Shown here: positions 29,935-39,200 of the stretch, piece after piece
Numbering within the stretch: the stretch's first letter is position 1
Layout: each line of letters begins with the position of its first letter
From: Candidatus Omnitrophota bacterium
Lineage (GTDB): Bacteria > Omnitrophota > Gorgyraeia > 2-01-FULL-45-10
Direction: 5' to 3'
Length of the DNA stretch: 64,000 nt
Assembly: GCA_041650935.1 (NCBI GenBank)
Contig: JBAZKH010000002.1
Span: forward strand, 128,372-192,371
Notes under the pieces: model-generated
What the model was told of the DNA's origin: nothing
Seen by the model: the letters and a program-made list of their open reading frames with translations, nothing else
The model's database searches: none
Translations under genes and position numbers: made by a program

Positions 29935-30279
29935 TTGTCAATTATAGGCGATGGCCTTCGGCGGGTGTATCCGCCGAAGGCCATCGGTTTGGTTATGGAT
30001 GGACGTCGAAGGCGGATAGGTTCTGCCAGGGTCTGGCTCGTAATAGCGGTGCTGGTCGTGATATTCCTGCCGCCGTTCGCGAAGTATCAGGAGCTGAAAT
30101 ACAAGAATAGGAAACTCGAAGAGCGGATAGTGGGCCTCAAGGTCGAGAACGAGCAGCTTGCGGAAGAGAAGAGAAAGCTCGAAACGGATATAGGTTATGT
30201 CGAAAAGAAGGCCCGCGAAAAGATCGGCGTTGTCCGCAAAGGCGAGATAGTGCTAAAAGAAGTGAATGTGAAGAAATAA
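29935..30279 (+). CDS. septum formation initiator (FtsB/DivIC-like)
   Basis: It is 114 aa with a TM followed by a coiled-coil (ELKYKNRKLEERIVGLKVENEQL). Confidence 0.55.
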   Translation: MSIIGDGLRRVYPPKAIGLVMDGRRRRIGSARVWLVIAVLVVIFLPPFAKYQELKYKNRKLEERIVGLKVENEQLAEEKRKLETDIGYVEKKAREKIGVVRKGEIVLKEVNVKK

Positions 30280-30323
30280 TAACGGTTGCAAACCAATTAT
30301 CTTTTGGTATAATAGATTTACAT

Positions 30324-30717
30324 TGCGGGGTGGAGCAGTCTGGTAGCTCGTTGGGCTCAAGTATGGATACAAAGCTCAAAGCTGATATTGCAGAGTCTGC
30401 CGTTGTAATAGCGCTTCTTATAAAAGCGGCAGCGCAATATACAAAGAGCGTTGGGATTTGTTGTCCGCCAGGGGCTGTCTAACTGGAAACGGTTAGATGA
30501 AAACCTGTCAAATTCGGTGAAGCCTGGAATGGTAATACCGAGCCAAACCTATCGGGATATAGATAGGAAGGTGTAGAGACTAGACGGCAGGCATCCTAAA
30601 GAAACGCGGGATGAAGGTATAGTCCAGACTACGAACTTCGAAATTTCGAAGGCGGCGAAAGCCGTAGTAGCAAGCATAACCCAAAGGTCGTCCGTTCGAA
30701 TCGGACCCCCGCTACCA
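30324..30717 (+). tRNA. initiator tRNA-fMet (CAU) interrupted in the anticodon loop by a group I intron
   Basis: The exons reconstitute a near-E. coli tRNA-fMet with three G-C pairs in the anticodon stem and an unpaired 1:72. The tRNA has its own promoter, ttgcaa-16-tataat, at 30286-30313. Confidence 0.7.
30358..30674 (+). ncRNA. group I self-splicing intron (~317 nt) within tRNA-fMet
   Basis: It has R-like (agactagacgg) and S-like (aaggtatagtcc) core elements. The 5' exon ends in U (30357) and the intron ends in G (30674). The exact junction is approximate. Confidence 0.6.
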
Positions 30718-30721
30718 AATT

Positions 30722-30765
30722 AAAAACCCTCTATAGTAAACCTGTAGAGGGTTTTTAATTTTTCG
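30722..30765 (+). terminator. rho-independent terminator after tRNA-fMet
   Basis: The sequence aaaaccctctatag-taaacc-tgtagagggttttt forms the hairpin and is followed by a T-run. Confidence 0.6.
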
Positions 30766-30800
30766 TATCCTTTTAAAAAGGCATTGCTTCGGCGGATCTG

Positions 30801-31988
30801 CTACTGTTTATTTATGTGGACGACTTTCGCCGGAGGGAAACCGTTGAAGTAGGTCGAAGAAGCTATCGAATAAGCCCCGATATTCTCCGCGTATACCAGA
30901 TCGCCTATTTCGAGATCCGGAAGCTCCTCCGCGACGGAAATAGTATCGAACGCGTCACAGGTGGGTCCGAAAACCGCGCATACCTTTAGGTCACCGTCCT
31001 TAAACGCCTTCAATGGATATGTACAGTGGTCGAATACTATCCCTGAGAATGTGTGGTATACGCCGTCGTCAAGGTAATAGCAGGTCTTGCCGTCGCGGAC
31101 GGCTTTTCCGATAACCTTTGTTACAAGCGTGGCGGCATTGGCGACCATGAACCGCCCGGGTTCTGCGAGGATCTCTATATCTTTCGGGAAGAGCCTGTTG
31201 AATTCCACGTTAAGTTTTCTCGCGAGCGTCTTGAAGCTCTTCACTTTATTGTTATATTTTACCGGGAATCCGCCGCCTATATCGAGTATCTTTATCTTGT
31301 GCCCGCGCGATTCCGCCTCTTTCATGATGGAAGCGGAAAGCTGTAGAGCCTGCATATAATTCTCAAAATTATTGCACTGGCTGCCGACATGGAAACTTAT
31401 ACCTTCGACGACCAGGCCAACCTTAAACGCCTCGATTATCAGATCGACCGCCTCGCCCGGGTGGGCGCCGAACTTCGACGAGAGCTCGACCATCGATCCG
31501 GTGTTAGGCACCCTGATCCGAAGCACGAGTCCCGCATGAGGGGCGTGGAGCTTTATCTTCTTCAATTCGTCGATATTGTCGTAAGTGACGAGCGGCTTAT
31601 ACTGGTCAAGCTCGTGCAGGGTCTCTATCTGCTTTATCGTATTGGCGTAAATGATCTTGTCCCATATGAAGTCCTGCCGTTCTTCGGGCGGCAGGTTCTT
31701 TATGTTTTCGTATACGATCATAAACTCCGGCATGGAAGCGACGTCGAAACTCGCGCCTACCTTATACAGGGTCCGCACTATTTCGGGATTGGAATTCGAC
31801 TTGACCGCAAAATATGCCTGGACGCGCGGCAGGGCCTCTTTGAATTCTTTGTAATTTTGGCGTATCCTTTCATGGTCCAATACAAAGACCGGCGTGCCGT
31901 TTTTTCCGGCTATCTTCTTCAGGTTATCGAGCATCCGTGCCTCTGCCAACTCCGACTTTTTCTCCGCGCTGTTCAACAATGTCTTCAT
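30801..31988 (-). CDS. PLP-dependent ornithine/lysine decarboxylase (eukaryote-type, alanine-racemase fold)
   Basis: It has the PLP-Lys region YFAVKSN, a Gly-rich loop DIGGGFP, and the GPTCD signature. Confidence 0.75.
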   Translation of the reverse strand: MKTLLNSAEKKSELAEARMLDNLKKIAGKNGTPVFVLDHERIRQNYKEFKEALPRVQAYFAVKSNSNPEIVRTLYKVGASFDVASMPEFMIVYENIKNLPPEERQDFIWDKIIYANTIKQIETLHELDQYKPLVTYDNIDELKKIKLHAPHAGLVLRIRVPNTGSMVELSSKFGAHPGEAVDLIIEAFKVGLVVEGISFHVGSQCNNFENYMQALQLSASIMKEAESRGHKIKILDIGGGFPVKYNNKVKSFKTLARKLNVEFNRLFPKDIEILAEPGRFMVANAATLVTKVIGKAVRDGKTCYYLDDGVYHTFSGIVFDHCTYPLKAFKDGDLKVCAVFGPTCDAFDTISVAEELPDLEIGDLVYAENIGAYSIASSTYFNGFPPAKVVHINKQ

Positions 31989-32014
31989 CTTGCTCCTCTT
32001 CTGCTTCGCAGGGC

Positions 32015-33466
32015 CTAGTCCCTGAACAGGAAATTTTTAAAACACCAGATATTCTTTTCGTCCAGGACAGAGTTAGGGTTTTCCTTGAAGAATACCTGGT
32101 AATTTTTGGACGGCGTCCAATCGGAAGCCCGCGACACTAATTTCCCGAGATACGGTTTGGCGATACCCAGAATATAATCGTGAGGCAGGTCGTCCGGCAC
32201 GCAGACGCCTTTGTGCGGGTTCTCTATCATCCACATAATGGCGGAGACGATGCCTATGGCAACCTGCATCGTCGTCGCATTCTGGTGAGGGACAAGCCTT
32301 CTGGATTCCTCGATACTCAATATACTGCCCGTCCACCATGAATTATATTTGTGCCCCATTATGAGCGCGCCCAGGATATCGTTGCCCGACGTAATCTCGT
32401 CGGACATTATCCGCAAGTTTGGCTGGAGATCGTAACTGCGCGCGCGCAGTTCATAGAGCGAAGAGATCGTCTCGTGGCACGGCATATAGGCGTAATATAC
32501 GGTGGGCCTGTATATGGGCTTGCCGCTCTTCCATACGGTAAGTTTTTCGGAGATCGAGAACGATTCGCCGTGCCTTATCACCATGCCGATAATTTCATAA
32601 TCCGGGACCCACGAACGGACCCATGTATTCATCCCCATCTGCGACAAAAATATCTGGTTCCCGGGACCGTAAGTCGCGACGTTTGCGAAAGGAGGGAGTA
32701 TCCTCTCGTGCGTGCCCCATCCCATCTCCGCCGGAGAGATGCCCTCTTCTCTCAAACCTTCGATCGACCACGTCCCGACGAATTCATCCACCTCTTTCGG
32801 GCGGTTGGTAATTTGCGTATCGCGCTCGGAACAGTGTATGGTCTTAACGCCGAGCTTCATCGCGAGATGGGCGAAATCTCTCTCGCGCATAAAGTTCTCG
32901 ACTTCCCTGGCATCCTTCTTTGCCACGGACTTGTCCCGTACGAATTTTGCGGCGATATCCTCCAGCCCTTTCTTGGTGAAATGCGAAATGAGGCCCGGGT
33001 TGGCGCCATGATCCACGATCGCGGTCGTAGCGGAATTTTCCCAGCCGCTGGTAGCCTGTCTTAACTCCATGTGCCGGTAATAGAGGGATTTTTCAAGAGG
33101 CGATTTACTGTGAATATTGGCGTACGGATCCCATTCCTCGACGGAAGTATTTACATATAATACGTGGTTCTCATGGCACCATGTCAGGATGTCTATACAC
33201 GATATGTTCCAGGCCAGGTCTATGATCATTCCGCCGGAAGAGACGTATTTGCCGAGCACACGCGCCAGGTTTGTCGGAGTAATCTTCTCCTGGTAATATT
33301 TGACGCCTTTCCGCGTCCACTCGCGCAGCTCTTTGCGCTTATCGGCGAAGTCTATTACCGTGACGTTTTTATGCGGGATCTTGATATGTTTGAAAAGTAC
33401 CGGAAGGGCACATTTGCATACGGAGCCGTAACCTATTACAAGAATTTTGTTTTTAAATTCCATCAT
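32015..33466 (-). CDS. homospermidine synthase-like (saccharopine-dehydrogenase/CANSDH superfamily)
   Basis: It is 483 aa, the N-terminal NAD-binding IGYGSVCKCALPVLFKHI...VTVIDF resembles bacterial HSS, and it is co-oriented with the decarboxylase. Confidence 0.6.
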   Translation of the reverse strand: MMEFKNKILVIGYGSVCKCALPVLFKHIKIPHKNVTVIDFADKRKELREWTRKGVKYYQEKITPTNLARVLGKYVSSGGMIIDLAWNISCIDILTWCHENHVLYVNTSVEEWDPYANIHSKSPLEKSLYYRHMELRQATSGWENSATTAIVDHGANPGLISHFTKKGLEDIAAKFVRDKSVAKKDAREVENFMRERDFAHLAMKLGVKTIHCSERDTQITNRPKEVDEFVGTWSIEGLREEGISPAEMGWGTHERILPPFANVATYGPGNQIFLSQMGMNTWVRSWVPDYEIIGMVIRHGESFSISEKLTVWKSGKPIYRPTVYYAYMPCHETISSLYELRARSYDLQPNLRIMSDEITSGNDILGALIMGHKYNSWWTGSILSIEESRRLVPHQNATTMQVAIGIVSAIMWMIENPHKGVCVPDDLPHDYILGIAKPYLGKLVSRASDWTPSKNYQVFFKENPNSVLDEKNIWCFKNFLFRD

Positions 33467-33568
33467 TACCTCTCTTTTGTTTTTACATTTTAATGGATAG
33501 AATTATTTATGTCAACCCTCTTGACAATCTTTTATTATAATATTATGATATAACGCAGCGGGGGAAAG

Positions 33569-35050
33569 ATGAAAGCGCGGAAAATCAATATCGATGACGG
33601 GTTGAGAGAAATGATACCCGTCATAATTTTTTGCCTTGCGCTTGCGGTAATATTTTGTATTCCGCTTCGCGTGATGGCTTATGGCTACCTGCCGCCCGAC
33701 GATGCCATGCGCCACGCGGGGAAGGTCATTGCCGAAAAGAGCTGGGACAAGATACTTGTTTTGCGGCCTGAATTCAAAATGGACAGCCATCCCGGCTGGC
33801 ATGCCATTCTCGGGCTTGTCCGTGCCGTATCCGGATGTAACCAGGATGCGCTCGTCTTTTTTTCCGTCATAGGGCTCTTCACGCTCTTCTGCCTTATTCC
33901 GATATTTTTCCTGGAATTTCCTGAAGCATGGCTCGCGTCCCTTCTCGCCGTTATAGTCCTTGCGCCGCATCTTATCATCAGGCTATTTTTGGGCAGGCCG
34001 TTTATATTTACCATGTCCGTCATACTCATCCTGTGTTTTTTGTGGCCGCGTCTTAAAGAGAAAAAACCGCCTTATGCCATAATGGGCATACTGGCCGGGC
34101 TGATCGCATGTTCGACGTGGATACACGCGAGCTGGTACCTTTTTGTACTGCCGATAGCGTCTTTTTTCATAGCCCGGGAATGGCGCGCCGGGATCCGGCT
34201 GATGTTATGCGCCGCGGCCGGGATTATTATCGGCGCATCCTTTACGGGCCATCCGTACCTCTTCCTTAAACAGACATTCACTCACATGATGCTTGCCTTC
34301 GGGAACGTATCGGCCCAGCGCCTGCTCGTAGGAGAGTTCCAGTCTTTTGGAGGAGAGGCATTCATAGTGCTATTTATCCTCGGAATACTCGTATGGCGAA
34401 AATCGCGCGGCAAGTGGGATGCCGGAATAGTTTATAATCCGGTTTTTGTATTGGCCGTCTGCGGCTGGGTCTTCGGTTTTGTCGCCACGCGTTTCTGGAC
34501 GGATTGGGGAATGCCGGCGGCCATATTCTGGATAATGTCGGAACTGAACAATCTCTTTGCGGAAAAAGCGCAGACAGCGTCGTCTAAGAGGTTAATTATC
34601 GCATTTGCCATAACGGGCGCGCTATTTTTAGCCATTACCCCGGATACGAACAGCCGGTGGACGTACAACCTTACGACGGAGTATCTCACGCAGGATAACA
34701 AAAAACAGGCCGAGTGGTTACCTGAGCCTGGCGGTATCATATATAGCGACGACATGAGGCTATTTTACCAGACATTTTTTAAGAATCCTAAGGCGCCCTG
34801 GCGGTATATACTGGGTTTTGAGCCGGCGATGATGCCTCCGGAAGATCTTGCGGTACTTAGAAAGATACACTGGAATTTCGCGGCGGGAGAAGCGTTCAAA
34901 CCGTGGGTCGAGAAGATGCGTCCAGAGGACAGGCTCGTTATCCGCGGAGCCTATAACGCAAAACCTCCGGTTGCAGGATTAGAGTGGCACTATGCTGCGA
35001 CAGGCACATGGATCGGGCGATTGCCGAGAAATAATAGCGGGAAATATTAG
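33569..35050 (+). CDS. polytopic integral membrane protein (possible GT-C-like glycosyltransferase), function unknown
   Basis: It is 493 aa with at least 10 TM segments and no diagnostic motif. Confidence 0.5.
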   Translation: MKARKINIDDGLREMIPVIIFCLALAVIFCIPLRVMAYGYLPPDDAMRHAGKVIAEKSWDKILVLRPEFKMDSHPGWHAILGLVRAVSGCNQDALVFFSVIGLFTLFCLIPIFFLEFPEAWLASLLAVIVLAPHLIIRLFLGRPFIFTMSVILILCFLWPRLKEKKPPYAIMGILAGLIACSTWIHASWYLFVLPIASFFIAREWRAGIRLMLCAAAGIIIGASFTGHPYLFLKQTFTHMMLAFGNVSAQRLLVGEFQSFGGEAFIVLFILGILVWRKSRGKWDAGIVYNPVFVLAVCGWVFGFVATRFWTDWGMPAAIFWIMSELNNLFAEKAQTASSKRLIIAFAITGALFLAITPDTNSRWTYNLTTEYLTQDNKKQAEWLPEPGGIIYSDDMRLFYQTFFKNPKAPWRYILGFEPAMMPPEDLAVLRKIHWNFAAGEAFKPWVEKMRPEDRLVIRGAYNAKPPVAGLEWHYAATGTWIGRLPRNNSGKY

Positions 35051-35204
35051 TATTTTTACTTCTAACATGATAGTTTCTTTGAGCAGTTAATCCTTAAAAA
35101 AGCTAGTTATTATATTTGCAAATACCCATTTCCTATGGTAAACTTTATTTATAACAAAAATAAGTCAATCTAAAATTAGTTCAACAATAATTTGGGGGGA
35201 GATA

Positions 35205-35861
35205 ATGAAAAAAATAACAATGTTGTTAGTGGCGGGTTTAATAGTTTCCGTTTCGCTTCTTTCGGGAGAGGCTTACGCGGCGATAAAGAACATGCCTTTT
35301 AACGATGATCACCTTTCATTTGTCACAAAAAGGAAAATTACTTTTCCGGACAGTGCGCCTATTTCAGTGACAAAATACGCTAACGGCAGCATCAGGGAAA
35401 AAGTCTTTTATTACGGTTCTATTATAAGCCTTCCAAATTCTTATCAAAAGACTATCACATATATTTTTGCCCCAGGAAAGCGTGATAGGCAAGGGCAGGT
35501 AATGACGGTAGTGATACAAGGACTAACAGATTGGTCCAAGTATAATATTTCATACACTGTCAAAAAAGTTAAGGCCGTTACAATGACGGATAGCTGTGGA
35601 AAATCGAAGATATACGAATACAATACAAACGGCACTCTCAATAGCATAATTACGCGTATGGAATATAATGGGATCGAGAATATCCTGGAGGAGACAATAT
35701 CTTACTCGTATATCTACTATGCCGCAAATAGGGTTAAGACCGCAACGAAGACCGTCGTTACATATTATACCGATCCGGATGATCCGACGACTTTTGGCGA
35801 AACCATGAATACGGAGATATTAACGGAAAATTATGATAGGCGAGGGAATCTGATCATTTAG
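35205..35861 (+). CDS. secreted hypothetical protein in AT-rich region
   Basis: It has a signal peptide and is 218 aa, and local GC is clearly below the window average. Confidence 0.45.
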   Translation: MKKITMLLVAGLIVSVSLLSGEAYAAIKNMPFNDDHLSFVTKRKITFPDSAPISVTKYANGSIREKVFYYGSIISLPNSYQKTITYIFAPGKRDRQGQVMTVVIQGLTDWSKYNISYTVKKVKAVTMTDSCGKSKIYEYNTNGTLNSIITRMEYNGIENILEETISYSYIYYAANRVKTATKTVVTYYTDPDDPTTFGETMNTEILTENYDRRGNLII

Positions 35862-35967
35862 CAAGCCATCAGTCCCGAATAAAATAGTGTAGCCAAGGCG
35901 TAGAGGAGCTTCAAGGGTTCTTCTGCGCCTTTTTATTGTTAAACATAAAAAAGCAAGATGTTTAACA

Positions 35968-35996
35968 TTGACAAAGTTACTTTTGTCGTGTATACT
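35968..35996 (+). promoter_or_regulatory. near-consensus sigma70 promoter (ttgaca-17-tatact)
   Basis: The -35 lies at 35968-35973 and the -10 at 35991-35996. It drives the roughly 300-nt leader of the S8 protease gene. Confidence 0.55.
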
Positions 35997-36074
35997 CTTA
36001 TTAAGAGAAAAGAAATGTGAATATCCGAAAAGGTGCAGAGTAATCTAACTCTGCATCAAGTACCGGATGAAGTT

Positions 36075-36180
36075 CCGGTACTTGGCAAACCAACGGAAAC
36101 GTTGGGACGCAAAGCCATAGGGTCTAAGTCCGCCGAAAAACGGCGAGATAAGACAGCCTGGCGCACCGATAACGCGGAAT
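36075..36180 (+). ncRNA. c-di-GMP-I (GEMM) riboswitch aptamer
   Basis: GGCAAACC, a GAAA-capped P1 and GGGACGCAAAGCC are present, followed by GGGTCTAAG...GACAGCCTGG, matching the GEMM-I consensus. Confidence 0.65.
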
Positions 36181-36204
36181 AGATTATTTGAGTGCGCGCG
36201 GCAT

Positions 36205-36246
36205 AGACAGCCTGGCTACCGAAGATGGTAGTCGGGCTATTTTTTT
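36205..36246 (+). terminator. putative expression-platform terminator of the riboswitch
   Basis: A hairpin agcctggctacc-gaag-atggtagtcgggct is followed by atttttttgg. It re-uses the gacagcctgg segment of the aptamer. Confidence 0.45.
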
Positions 36247-36299
36247 GGGTACTTAGCTTAAAGATTTTAAAACTATTTTCAAAAATGGAGGGTGCATAC

Positions 36300-39200
36300 A
36301 TGAAGACTAAAATGATAATTACTTTCTTGCCCCTCCTGATTTTTATTTTTCTAGTTTCGATATCGAGCGCCGCGGATGACATCAGAAGCTCTAACAAAAA
36401 TCCCGGCCTTGTCCAAAAGATACGTATACCCGGTCCCGCCGCAGACGGCGCAATCAAGGGATTCCAGACACAGGTAAATATGGCACGCTCGCTCTCCTGT
36501 GCCTCCGCCGATAACGGAGGCTTCTCCGAGTTAATGGACGAATCCGCCGCGGATACCAATAAAGAGGCTTCCGCTACCCCCGCATATAAACCCGGCGAGA
36601 TTATAGTAAAGGTAAAAGAGGGTTATAGCGTCTCCGATTTAGACAGCTTAAACACCCAATATAATGCCGCCTCTCCTCAGAAAGCGTTCCCGATGTATGT
36701 GGAACCGCAGGAAAAGCTGGATACGCTTAAGAAAGAGCTTGCCGATCTTTCGGAAGGCCATAACTCCTGGTACTGGCAGCTCGATAAGAATTCCGATGAA
36801 TATAAGAAATATGAAGAGAGATTAGCGGCCGAAAAGAAAGCCCTGGCCGATCAGATAAAGAGAGAGGCCGAAACAGTCGCAAGGTTCGAGGCTTATAATG
36901 CAGAATGCGTCGATGGCGGTTCCACAACGCCCGGCCTGGAAAGGATATATCTATTAAAGCTCGATTCATCAGTAGATCCTAAACAGCTTGCGGCCATATA
37001 TGGAGCAGACCCGGCGGTAGAATATGCCCACCCTAACTATATAGCAAGAATCAATATGATACCCAACGATACTTATTATGCCTCATCGGGCGCCTGGAAA
37101 CAGCCCTTCAGAGACCTGTGGGGTGTAGTAAAGACGCAGGCCGATAAGGCGTGGGACACGACTCAGGGAGAAGGGGTTGTCGTCGCCGTATCCGATACAG
37201 GAGTAGACTATAACCATCCCGACCTTAAGGCCAATATGTGGAAAGATAAGAACGGCAGCTGTGGCTATAACTTCGTAGCTGATAACACAGATCCTATGGA
37301 CGACTTTGGCCACGGTACACACTGCGCAGGCACCATTGCCGCTGTCGGCAATAATAATATAGGTATTATCGGTATTGCCCCCAAGGCAAAGATAATGGCT
37401 GTAAAAGGGCTTGATAATACTGGCAGCGGCTATATGAGCGATCTGGCTCAAACCATCCAATACGCAGCCGACAACGGAGCTGATGTCATAAGCTGCAGCT
37501 GGGGCGGCCCGGAGGATTCTGAAGATTCCGACTGCATGCTTCTTTGCGATACCGTCCGCTATGCGACCAATATAAGAAATAGTGTTGTTGTTGCGGCCGC
37601 GGGTAATGATGATATGAACGTCGGGTCTTATAACATTTACCCGGCCAATATAAAAGAAGTCATAACAGTCGCCGCATCCACTTCGGAGGATAAAAAGGCA
37701 GAATTCTCCAATTATGGCGCAAAGATAGATGTGTCGGCACCCGGCGGCGGGGATATAGGAGGCAAACATCCCGAACGCTCCATACTCTCTCTCAAGGCGT
37801 CTTTAGCCGTACCCGATATACTGGGCGGTAAAAGCGCCCCTCTCGTTATAGGGGGTAATTACCTGCGCCAGGCCGGCACCTCCATGGCATGTCCGCACGT
37901 TTCCGGTGTCGCGGCCCTCGTCAAGAGCCTGCATCGCGACTTTACGCCTGAGCAAGTCCGCCAGGCTATCCGCGCCGGGAGCGATGATATACTTTACGCC
38001 GGTTTCGATACTTACTCAGGTTACGGAAGAGTTAACGCGTTAGGGGCAATCTCCATTTTACCCATTGCGCCGGTGATAATAGAGCCGTCTGTAAGACAGT
38101 GGGACAACGCGGATACTATCCCTATCAAATTCACGGTTAAAGGAAGCAATGTCGCAAGCTGGAAGATAGAATATAGTGATGTTAAGAGCACCTGGAGGAT
38201 CCTTACCCAAGGAACGGGCCCCGTCAATACCCCGGCGGTTTTCGATTGGGATATCCGGGCCATTCCCGACGGTCCCAGGACCATACGTCTGGTAGCTGTA
38301 AATAGCCAGGGGAAAATATTCGAAAGTAAAACGGATATCTATAATAACCATGTAACCGTTACGAAACCGCAAAACCATTTTTCCGATAATTATTACGGCC
38401 CCGGGAAAAATGTCGTAATCGAAGGGACCGTTAATCCTTATGGACTCACCTCATATACGCTGAGTATTTATAAACTCGAAGAAGACGCAAGCTTCGTACC
38501 TGGTAAATTTATTGGCTATACCTCGGGAAAATCTATTCCGGTAGAAAATACCGTGGTTAACTTAGCCAATGGCGGCAAGGCCCCGGTCATAAACGGCCGC
38601 ATTGCGGAATGGGATATAAGGAATATCCCGGCGGGATATTACAGAATCCAACTTAATGTTTTTACGCAGACATCCGGCACTAGTCCTACCACAAGGAAGG
38701 TCATGGTCGAGGTGGATCCTTCTCTTCATCCCGGCTGGCCTCTGCATATCCCGATTATGACCGATGGCGGCTGGACAAGCCCTCCCGTCAACATATTTAC
38801 TGCCGCCGATATCAATGGCGACGGCCGTGACGAGATACTGTTTAACTATAGCGGCCAGATAAACGTCATGGACTCTAACGGCGCCTCATTGCCAGGCTGG
38901 CCCAGGACATTTGCTTCCGCAGGCGATACCAGCCAGAACGGAGTAACTATAGGCGACGTGATGGGTACCGGCAAGCCGCAGATCATAGTCGGGACTTGCG
39001 GCGGGCAGATACACCTTTTTGACCGGGCGGGGAACCTTGTCAAAAAATTTCCTGAAGGCTCACGCTCCAGTTATGGCGTAAATCCGGCCGTGGCAGTATC
39101 AGATATAGACATGGACGGAAAGAATGAAATGGTAATAACCGCAGGCATGAACCTATACGTCGTAGGCCGGGACGGCGAAAAATGGTCGGAAGAACTGTCC

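Noticed and set aside
30324-30717. Considered tmRNA (ssrA) because of GGGG start, tRNA-like CCA end and ~390-nt size
   Set aside because: No tag-peptide ORF ending in ...ALAA was found. The two ends rejoin into a complete initiator tRNA with the CAU anticodon. The interior carries group I R and S elements.
31389-32018. 209-aa plus-strand ORF
   Set aside because: It is antisense to the PLP decarboxylase gene, which has the GPTCD signature. It has no motif and unusual composition.
32351-33064. 237-aa plus-strand ORF
   Set aside because: It is antisense to the homospermidine-synthase-like gene and is Arg/Pro-rich, as expected of a reverse frame.
36000-36075. Two hairpins upstream of the GEMM aptamer considered as a second aptamer
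   Set aside because: They lack the ACGCAAAGC core. They are more likely 5' leader stems or P1a extensions.
36225-36299. ORF-track start of the S8 protease at 36225
   Set aside because: That start would lie inside the terminator hairpin of the riboswitch leader. The ATG at 36300 has a GGAGGG RBS and yields a canonical signal peptide.
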